Assembly (NCBI RefSeq): GCF_004010195.1
Contig: NC_057719.1
Coordinates: 95,745,477-95,765,476 of the forward strand
Length of the DNA stretch: 20,000 bases
Direction: 5' to 3'
DNA from: Chiloscyllium plagiosum
Lineage: Eukaryota
Both the position numbers and the translations under genes were made by a program. The notes under the pieces are model-generated. The model was not told where the DNA came from. It was given only the letters and a program-made list of their open reading frames with translations, and ran no database searches. Below, in pieces: positions 10,695-19,146 of the stretch. The stretch's first letter is position 1; each line of letters opens with the position of its first letter.

Positions 10695-11170
10695 AGTGAT
10701 AATTAATTTTGGACTGGGATTATTTTCAAGATTTCCCATTTGTGCTATCAAGCTGACTAGCCATAGTCACTGGATTTATATCTTTTTTTTTGAACAACGG
10801 TGCAATATTTGTAATCCTCTAGTCTTCCAAACCACTTCATACCAAAAGGAGATTTGGAAGATTCTGGTTAGAAGATGCATTATTTGCACGTTTCTCCCCT
10901 CAACAATCTAGACTGGATAGTTTTCTAGTGTGAACATTGCCAAACAGTACAGTTCTTCCTCTTTATCTATTTTTACCAGACTCCGTTTCACTACTAATTC
11001 CTCCTTGACTGTAAAATTGGCAGAATCTTTTACTTTAGTGATGACAGATGCAAAGTACTGTTTATGTCCCTCAACCATGATCTCTTTCTCCATAAAATCT
11101 CTTTATTCTTAAATAAGGATCTCCTTAAGATCCTTAAATAGCCCAATTGGTTTCTCCAATTTCTTCTAAA
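10695..11170 (-). mobile_element. CR1 ORF2 fragment
   Basis: ORF 10908-11093(-) has KQYFASVITK (CR1 LN.YFASVFT). 10730-10830 encodes decayed ANV.PLFKK and PVSL motifs. Confidence 0.65.
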
Positions 11171-11277
11171 CTTAGAAGCTACCAGATTAGTTTGAAAAGA
11201 CATCTGTAATGTTAGTAATTATTTTATCTTTAATAAACTGTAAAAAAAAAGTCAATACAGAGAGCCTGAAATCTTAC

Positions 11278-11378
11278 CATAATGCTTCTGACAAAGTTGT
11301 GCAATTTTGTCACTAAAGCATCCGCCAAGCTCCACCATGTTGCACACCTCCAGAATTTTGCTCAAAGTACATGAAATC
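11278..11378 (-). CDS. Candidate coding exon of an unidentified host gene
   Basis: Strong acceptor ttttttctgatatttctttaccacag| and donor ATG|gtaaga; 101 nt; one open frame ISCTLSKILEVCNMVELGGCFSDKIAQLCQKHY; unique sequence between two CR1 remnants. Confidence 0.5.
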
Positions 11379-11584
11379 CTGTGGTAAAGAAATATCAGAA
11401 AAAAATGTTTGCAACATATTATAAAGATCTCAGTCACTAACATCAAAATTAAATCTCCCAGATGACTTGAAAGGAAAGATTTGTATGAATTCGGAAGATC
11501 TGGACTTGAGTATACACAACATAATTTCTAAAGGCAAATTGGAATGTTGGATTTAAAAACAAAGGAAATGGACACATGTGCAAG

Positions 11585-11679
11585 AAGGGCTGAAGAAGGG
11601 CTTATGCCCGAAACGTCGATTCTCCTGCTCCTTGGATGCTGCCTGACCTGCTGCGCTTTTCCAGCAACACATTTTTCAG
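11585..11679 (+). mobile_element. PLE mini-insertion (family A, 95 bp) with perfect 12-bp TSD
   Basis: TSD CACATGTGCAAG at 11573-11584 and 11680-11691. Body homologous to 17012-17090. Confidence 0.9.
11590..11620 (+). ncRNA. Minimal hammerhead ribozyme motif (intact core, stem I 5' strand lost)
   Basis: CTGAAGA-A-GGGC-TTAT-GCCC-GAAAC-GTC-GAT. Confidence 0.7.
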
Positions 11680-12600
11680 CACATGTGCAAGGAAGCTGAA
11701 CTTCATCTTTATGAAATAATTTATGTTAGGTTCTTGTTGGATTATTGTGACCGTTTCTGAGTATCATACATTTGAAATGTGACAATCCTGTAGACAGCAT
11801 AGACAGAATATTAACCAGAAAGGAACCAAGGGCACAGAACTTCTTTGTGGAAAGAACAATGTATCTGGAATTGTTCTCTTTAGAGCAAAATAAACTTTAG
11901 GGAAAGACCTTTTAAATCATAAATGGTTGTGATAGTTTCACCCACTTCCTCACAATATTTTCACTGGCAGAATAGTTGGTAACCAGAGGGCTGTGGTAAT
12001 TTGCTCTTTTCCCACAGGCGGCATGAGGAAAAACAATTTAAATAAAAGGTATTATGATGATCTCCAGAATACTGCCTGAGTGGATGGGAAATGCAGATTC
12101 AAACTTAACTTTCAAAAGGCAGGCAGAATATTTGAAGGAGAAAAGGTTTTAGGGCTATGGAAGAAAAGCAAGAGAGCAGGACTAACCAGATTACACTTTC
12201 AAGGACCGACCACTGACATGACGGGCCGAATGGCCTCCATTTTGTGTTGTTTAATTCTTTGATTCTACAAGGCTCTCTGCAGCTCCTGCTGAAATTGGCA
12301 GAAGGTGGGTCAGCAGTGGAATCCACTGGTATCAACGACTGAGAGCAAGTCAATTCATTCTAGACAAACTGACAATTATTGCATAAATAATGTACAACAT
12401 TTGGAGATTTCAGTACAGCAGGCATTAAGTGTACTGACATTACAAACTAAAATGGAGCCATCTGCCATAACACTAGACAACCCCACTGGCATCAAAATCC
12501 TGCATTGCAAATTATATTTGTTGTTTAAATTCATGACTCCATGACTGCAAAAATGCTTCCAATGTTGCTACCTACCAGCGTCTGACTGGTCAGCCACTTT

Positions 12601-12829
12601 CTGGATTAGTGGTGCTGGAAGAGCACAGCAGTTCAGGCAGCATCTGAGGAGCAGTAAAATCAACATTTCGGGCAAAAGCTCTTAATCAGGAATAACTTTT
12701 ATTCCTGATGAAGGGCTTTTGCCCGAAACGTCGATTTTACTGCTCCTCAGATGCTGCCTGAACTGCTGTGCTTTTCCAGCACCACTAATCCAGAATCTGG
12801 TTTCCAGCATCTGCAGTCATTGTTTTTAC
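12601..12829 (+). mobile_element. PLE mini-insertion (family A): inverted plus direct terminal repeat, 15-bp TSD
   Basis: TSD CTGGTCAGCCACTTT at 12586-12600 and 12830-12844. Arms 12599-12695 and 12699-12795 are inverted repeats (5 mismatches in 97). A 34-nt tail (12796-12829) follows only the direct arm. Confidence 0.92.
12701..12736 (+). ncRNA. Minimal type I hammerhead ribozyme motif (intact core)
   Basis: ATTC-CTGATGA-A-GGGC-TTTT-GCCC-GAAAC-GTC-GATT. Predicted cleavage after C12732. Loop-less palindromic stem III (ACGT). Confidence 0.75.
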
Positions 12830-12978
12830 CTGGTCAGCCACTTTACTTACCTACCATGCGTAGAACAAATTCTCAGGAGAAACTAATTGTAATCATTTCA
12901 AGAGGCCTAGTCCAGTTGTCATTTCAGCATTCTAGTTACTTTTCAGGACTTGTTACTATCTATTTTTGAGGCTGTAAC

Positions 12979-13180
12979 TGTAGTGATTGTAACAAGGTCA
13001 GCCAGGAAGACCTCTTAGAATAAGAGTTCCCCAATTGTGGCTGACAGATATAAACAGGAGTTTCAGGGGTTCTCTTCACTCAGAGCTGGTTCTGAGGGAC
13101 CCAGACTAGTGTCAAGGAATCTCCATTTGGAAATATGAAAGGCATGGTGATGGGATACCAGCCTCCGTGGAGTTATTTCA
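12979..13180 (+). repeat. 5' LTR of Gypsy element
   Basis: TG start (12979 or 12988), TATAAA-like box (~13048), ends TTATTTCA, followed by GTGATGATGAG, a decayed TGGCGACGAG-type primer-binding site. Confidence 0.65.
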
Positions 13181-14368
13181 GTGATGATGAGAGAAAGAAA
13201 ATACACTCCTGAAGAAATTTGCTTGTGACAGTCATTTTGGAACTGGGGTAAGTATTTCTGGCATCATGCCATTAGTTGGGAAACTTGACTCGGTTGAACC
13301 TGCTGTTGAGGACTGGGCTCAGAATGTGGAAACTATGCATTTTTTTTCTGGGCAAATGACATTGGGGCAGATGAAAACCAATGAGTAATTCTCCTGATAG
13401 CTCGTGGACCTACAGCTTTTTCAGTTATTAGGATCCTGAAAAGTTTCCTGAGGCACCAGATACTAAAACCTTTCAAGAGTTAATGGATTTAGTTCAGGAA
13501 CATTACAATTCCAAGCCTCCTCTAATTCTGAGATGCTATTGCATTTATTCGGTATTTGAGAACCAGAGGAACCATGTCAGGATTTTTTAAGGCAATAGAG
13601 GCATGTGACTGCTTTAATTCATGAGATGCCAAGAGACTGTTGGTGTGTAGGATTAATTATGTAACTATGCAGAAGCACCTACCAGCTGAAGCCCCAACTG
13701 GACTTCAAACAGGCACTACAATTGGCTTTGTCATTAGAAAATGCAGCAAGTGGAGCATAGGAGTTATAGAGTATGGAAGTAGACACCATTGGCAACCCAA
13801 CTGAGCTTGAAGAACAACTCGAGTGAAGATAATTGCATTGCCTCAGTCAGGGCATATCCTGAACAGAGGGACTCTAGGTCAGCCACCAGCAAAACCCCAA
13901 AATAAAGTCAAGTCTCGGCCAAACAGTTAACATTTTCTTTAGGATCCAGGCCAGCAAATCATTGTAGTTGCTGCCGGTCTACTAAAGAAATCCTATGAGT
14001 CCTAAACTGAGTTAGAGAACTCGTAGGCTAGTATTCAGGAGATGCACACTAAATCTGGTTTGGAACAGTTAGATTGTTTTGCAACATCCAAATCAAAACC
14101 AATCAAAATAAATATCTAGTTAAATGGTCACCTGGTTCTAGTGGAGGTTGACACTGGCGTGGCTGTATCAGTGATCACAGAAACAGTCTTTAACAAAATT
14201 CACTCTGAACTCCATCCTTTTAAGTTTACCTAAGATCTTGGTTAGATTGAGAACCTGTAACAGGGAACTTTTACAGATTAAGGGTACAACCTTGGTTCCA
14301 GTCTCATGTGAAAAGCAGCAGGTTTGGTTACCATTGATTGTAGTAAAAGGCCCACACTCAAGTTTGAT

Positions 14369-14674
14369 TAGATTAGATTCCCTACAGTGTGGAAACAGAA
14401 CCTTCGGCCCAACCAGACCATACCGGCCCTCTGAAGAATAGCCCACCCAGACCCATTTCCCTTTGACTGATGCACGGGCAATTTAGCATGGCCAATTCAC
14501 CTGATGTGCACATCTTTGGACTGTGGGAGGAAACCGGAGCACCCGGAGGAAACCCACGCAGACAAGGGGAGAATGTGCAAACTCCACACAGACAGTTGGC
14601 CCGAGGCTGGAATCGAAACTGGAACCCTGGTGCTGTGAGGCAGCAGTGCTAACCACTGAGCCACTGTGCTACCC
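14369..14674 (-). mobile_element. HE1-type V-SINE inserted in the Gypsy protease region
   Basis: Reverse-complement homologue of 5858-6205 with (TCTAA)n tail. TSD TTGAT at 14364-14368 and 14675-14679; removal restores VKGPHSSLMG*NW. Confidence 0.92.
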
Positions 14675-16331
14675 TTGATGGGGTGAAATTGGTAGAGAAA
14701 GATTTATCTTGATTAGATCAAATTTTTTGATTAGAAAATAGCTACCTGAGTGACGTCCCAATTAAATACCCAGAAGCCTTTCAGGAAGGTCTAAGGACTA
14801 TGAAAAGACCAAGGCCACCATGCATATTGCCCAGGACGCAATTCCATGCTTCTGCAAAGCTCGCCCAGTGCCATTTGCCTCATATACAAGAGCAGAGGCA
14901 GAAACCAGGAGGCTGGAAAGCAAAGGATTCATCAAACCAGTACAGTTTATAGAATGGTCACGAAATTCCCCAGGTTGGTTTGCCTTTGTGGGAATTTTAA
15001 ACAAATGGTAAACTGCTTTATGCAGCTGGATAAATACACAATCCCTTGAATAGAGGATTGACATGCAAAGCAGGCTGGGGGTTTGTCCTTCATGGAGCTT
15101 ATCTACAATTGCAGTTAGACAAAGATTCCCAGAAGTATGCTATAATCAATACCCATAAAGGCTTGTACCAATATATGAGACTGTCATTTGGGTACCATCA
15201 GCTGGTGTCATTTTCCAGCGGACAATGGTGACCATTTTACGAGGTCTACCCCAGGTCATCACTTATCTGGATGATGTTGTATTAATTGTGAAGATTAATT
15301 AAGAGCATTTGCAGAATTTGGATATGTTGCTTAAATATTTCTCCAAAGTGGGCATCTGCCTTAGATGGGAAAAATATGAATTCCAGGCACCCTATATGAC
15401 CTACTTGGGCTGCAGAGTCAACAAGACCAAATTACACCCGTTGGAAGATAAAATGAGGGAATCAAAGATGCCACGGCTCCCTCGTCTATACCAGAGCTTA
15501 GATTTTTCCTTAGATTGATTAATTATTACGGAAGGTTCGTACGTAACCTGGCCTCCATTTGCTATTGGAAAAGGGTCAGTCTTGGAAGGGTCTCATAGCT
15601 AAGGCATAGCTTTTAGGGAAGTGAAGAAGTAGCTATCACCATCTAAGGTGTTGGCCCACTATGATTCCACGCGAGATCCGGTGCTGATGTGTGATGCCTC
15701 CCTGTATGGTATTGGCATACTGTAGGGTCACAGGTTGATCCCTTTGGAGAGGAACACTCGATAATGTATGCTGATTTTAGCTGATGCAGAGCACAAATAC
15801 ACCCAGATAAAGAAAGAAAGTTTGTTGTGAGAAAGTTCCATCAATACTTTGACAGATATAAATGTGTAATAGTAATGGACCATAAACCCCTGCTAGGGAT
15901 ACTCAAAGAGGACAAGGCTGCACCACCCATAGCTTCTGGTTGAAATTAGCAGTGTGCTCTCATTCTAAGTAAGTACAATTACAATTTGGAACACCATCTG
16001 GGATGCCAAGTAGCAAATATGGATGCCTTGAGCCACCTCCCCCCAGAGGTGCCGCCATTAGAACAGCTCATTCTGCTTTTAAATTTTCAGGATACTCTTC
16101 TAGTCAGTGCTGACAATATCGGATTGTGGACACAAAAAGATTCTATCCAGGAAAAACTGAAACATCTGGTGGTGATGAGGAAAACAAAAGGGCCATCACA
16201 ACCAGAATTGAATTTTTTCTGGACCCAGTGAGACCAGATAACTGAAGAGGACGGCATTTTAGTTTGGGTAGCAAGAGTAATTTTCTCGAGCAAAGGTCAC
16301 CACCAAGTACTGGCTGAACTCCACCAGGGTC

Positions 16332-17140
16332 CACGCCCCCCCCCCCCCACAACCCACCCTCCCGTCCTGGCACCTTCCCCTGTCACCGCGGGAACTGCAA
16401 AACCTGCGCCCACACCTCTTCCCTCACCTCCATCCAAGGTCCCAAAGGAGCCTTCCACATCCATCAAAGTTTGACCTGCACATCCACCAATATTATTTAT
16501 TGTATCCGTTGATCCCGATGTGGTCTCCTTTACATTGGGGAGACAGGACGCCTCCTAGCAGAGCGCTTTAGGGAACATCTCTGGGACACCTGCACCAATC
16601 AACCACACCGCCTTGTGGCCCAACATTTCAACTCCCCCTCCCACTCTGCCGAGGACATGGAGGCCCTGGGCCTCGTTCACCGCCGCTCTCTCACCACCAG
16701 ACGCCTGGAGGAAGAACGCCTCATCTTCCGCCTCGGAATACTTCAACCCCAGGGCATTAATCTGGATTTCACCAGTTTCCTCATTTCCCTTTCCCCCACC
16801 TCACCCCAACTCCAAACTTCTAGCACAGCACTGTCCCCATGATCTGTCCTACCTGCCTATCTTCCTTCCCATCTATCCATTCCACCCTCCTCTCTGACCT
16901 ATCACCTTCATCCCCATCCCCACTCACCTATTTGTACTCTACGCTACTTTCTCCCCACCCCCACCCTCCTCTCATTTATCTCTTCACCCTGCAGGCACTC
17001 TGCCTCTATTCCTGATACAGGGCTTTTGCCCGAAACGTCAATTTTCCTGTTCCTCGGATGCTGCCTGACCTGCTGTGCTTTTCCAGCACCACTCTAATCT
17101 AGACTCTGGTTTCCAGCATCAGCAGCCCTTGTTTTTACCT
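16332..17140 (+). mobile_element. 5'-truncated Penelope-like element (Neptune-type, family A) inserted in Gypsy integrase
   Basis: Encodes a Cys-rich linker and GIY-YIG endonuclease, a C/T-rich 3' UTR, a hammerhead-like motif at 17012-17039 (core mutated to CTGATAC), and the same TGTTTTTACCT terminus as the 12.6 kb insertion. Confidence 0.92.
16366..16842 (+). pseudogene. PLE GIY-YIG endonuclease domain with in-frame stop
   Basis: PGTFPCHRGNCKTCAH...NIIYCIR*SRCGLLYIGETGRLLAERFREH...VAQHF...RRLEEERLIFRLGILQPQGIN; TGA at 16510-16512. Confidence 0.9.
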
Positions 17141-17364
17141 AGGGGTTTCCAAAATGAAGACGTTGGCAAGCAGTTATATCTGGTGTCCAGGATTGGATGC
17201 AAACATAGCCACATTGATGAGGCAGTGTCCAAAGTGCGTGCAACCCAAAAATTACCACCAGCAACTCCCTCACACTCGTGGGAATGGCTGAACAAACCCT
17301 GTACTCAGTTACCTGCCGACCCTGTGGACCCTTTTGTTGGCTCAACATTCTTAGTGATTGTGCA

Positions 17365-17550
17365 CACAGAAATTATCTCCTCATCTCTGTCTTAAAAGGA
17401 AGACCTCTTATTTTTAAACTAAGTCCCTTCATTTTAGTTTCCCCACAATTACCTTCTGTTTTCAAGCTACTAAGTTCACTCAGGATCTTATATGTTTCAA
17501 TAAAATCACCTCTCAACTTTTAAACACCAAAGGCCACATGCTTAACCTGT
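17365..17550 (-). mobile_element. CR1 ORF2 C-terminal fragment
   Basis: CTCAGGATCTTATATGTTTCAATAAAATCACCTCTCA reads LRGDFIETYKILS on the minus strand (CR1 RLRGDLIE.YKI). Confidence 0.75.
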
Positions 17551-17604
17551 GAAGTTAAAAATCACACAACACCAGGCTATAGTCCAACAGGTTTAATTGG
17601 AAGC

Positions 17605-17640
17605 ACACTAGCTTTCGGAGCGACGCTCCTTAATCAGGTG
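17605..17640 (-). ncRNA. Hammerhead motif with G8->U substitution
   Basis: Minus strand CAC-CTGATTA-A-GGAGC-GTC-GCTCC-GAAAG-CTA-GTG: stem I CAC/GTG, stem II GGAGC/GCTCC, palindromic AGCT stem III. Confidence 0.65.
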
Positions 17641-18014
17641 ATTGTGGAGGGCTCAATCCTGACACACAGAATTTATAGCAAAAAGTTACAGTGTGATGTA
17701 ACTGAAATTATACATTGAAAAATTGATTATCTGTTAATCCTTTCATCTGTTAGAATACTATAATAGTTTCACTTCTTTCATGTGTAAACCACAAAACCTT
17801 TTTTTAAAAAGTTGCATTCTCGGGTTAGCTGTTAACAATGGTGATAGCTAGACAATATGTTGAAGGTGTTGGCCCCCTGTGTTCTCTGTCTATGACCTGA
17901 TGTTTAGATTGATTATAATCTAAAAAGTGAGATAACGGAGTTTTACATGAAAGCATGCAGTTTTTGAGCAAAGTACGATGTAACCCTGCAAGAACAAATT
18001 CACCCCACTAAATA

Positions 18015-18243
18015 TACATGTGCATGTGGGTCTTTGTGGGTTGGGGAGTGTGAGAAAGTGTATGTGTGTGTGTGTAGTGAGTGCAGAGTGTCTTAAGTCT
18101 GTGAGGGGGTGCATGTGTGAGTGTGGAAGTGTGTGTGTCTGTAAGGGTGTGTGTGGGTGTCTGTATGCGCCCGTGTGTATGTATGTGTGTATAGAAGTGT
18201 GTGTGTGTGTGTGTGTGTGTAGGAGTATCTGTGTGGGTGTATA
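18015..18243. repeat. Imperfect (TG)n/(CA)n microsatellite within PLE 3' UTR
   Basis: TG-rich tract with a pure (GT)12 at 18197-18220. Confidence 0.9.
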
Positions 18244-19146
18244 GTGCAATGGTGGTCACATGGCGTAGTTTTTCAGCTCCTGGAAAATACTGAACAACGA
18301 AGGGTACCCTGTCGGTTGCAGCACGTGTCTGTCTCCTGAGGAGGTCATTACGGTTCCTTGCTGTGGCACGTTTGAACTGCAGTCGATGAGTTGTGCATCG
18401 TATCCTGTTCTTGTGAGGGCATCCCTGAGTATTTCCAGGTGTCTGTCACGTTCCTCCTCATCTGAGCAGATCCGGTGTATGCGCAGGGCTTGTCCACAGG
18501 GGATGGCTGTTTTAATGTGTTTTGGGTGGAAGTTGGAGAAGTGTAGCATTGTGAGGTTGTCTGTGGGTTTGTGGTAGAGTGCGGTGCTGAGGTGTCCATC
18601 CTTGATGGAGGTGCATGTTCCAAGAATGAGACAAATAGTCGAGAGTATTCCATGGTGAGTTTGATGGCGGGATCAAACTGTACCTGTGGAAGGCAGTAGA
18701 AGTCGCCTACATGAGAATTACTTGTGATGAGGGCGCGTAGGGAACTCTGAAGGACTGGATCCAAAGTTCTGATCAGTGTGTTAATTCTCGGGTGTGTTCT
18801 TTGGTCAGATCAGCTGGTAGTTGTCTGTAGTGTTCCTCTTGTTCAGTTGTCGGTACACTTCCTTGCAGTAATTTGTTCTATTCTGAATGACAATGACTCC
18901 TCCTTTATCTGCTGGTTCGATGACAATGTTGTGATTGGTTTTGAGAGCCTGGATGGCATTGCGTTGGGAACGGGTGATGCTTTGCTCTACCTTGTGAGTA
19001 TGGCTGATGAATCTGGCATTTATATATTTCCTGACGGTTTGAGCATACATGTCAAGCCCAGGGCAGCGGCCCTCCGGTGGGCTCCAAGTTGACACGTTCT
19101 TTGCTGGCTCCTCTAGAGATCCGTGATGACTGTTCCAGATCATCAC

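Larger units (their letters stand above)
11440..12267 (+). mobile_element. Decayed CR1 3' portion
   Basis: Decayed ORF2 C-terminus and a 3' end ACGGGCCGAATGGCCTCC...AATTCTTTGATTCTA. Confidence 0.75.
12979..17362 (+). mobile_element. Decayed Ty3/Gypsy LTR retrotransposon, 3'-truncated in integrase
   Basis: gag start MPLVGKLDSVEPAVEDWAQ (13266); protease VDTGVAVSVI (DTG 14150-14158); RT YLDD (15264-15275); RNase H CDASLYGIG (~15690) and DHKPLL (~15878); integrase Zn finger LAELHQG|GVSKMK...CPKC and WEW...PFVGSTFLVIV. Order PR-RT-RH-IN; many stops and frameshifts. Confidence 0.92.
17551..19145 (-). mobile_element. Inverted, internally deleted PLE copy (family C)
   Basis: N-terminal region with IVIEPADKGGVIVI (PLE DKG motif), RT thumb FHPKHIKTAIPCGQALRIHRICSDEEERD, (CA)n-rich 3' UTR, terminal hammerhead-like motif. 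RT palm and endonuclease are missing. Confidence 0.9.

Noticed and set aside
12599..12795. MITE/DNA transposon or miRNA precursor
   Set aside because: Arms match the PLE 3' end at 17008-17140, there is an asymmetric 34-nt tail, and the 15-bp TSD fits target-primed retrotransposition.
17920..18259. His/Thr-rich and Cys/Val-rich ORFs (109, 83 and 74 aa)
   Set aside because: Translations of the (CA)n/(TG)n microsatellite in the PLE 3' UTR.
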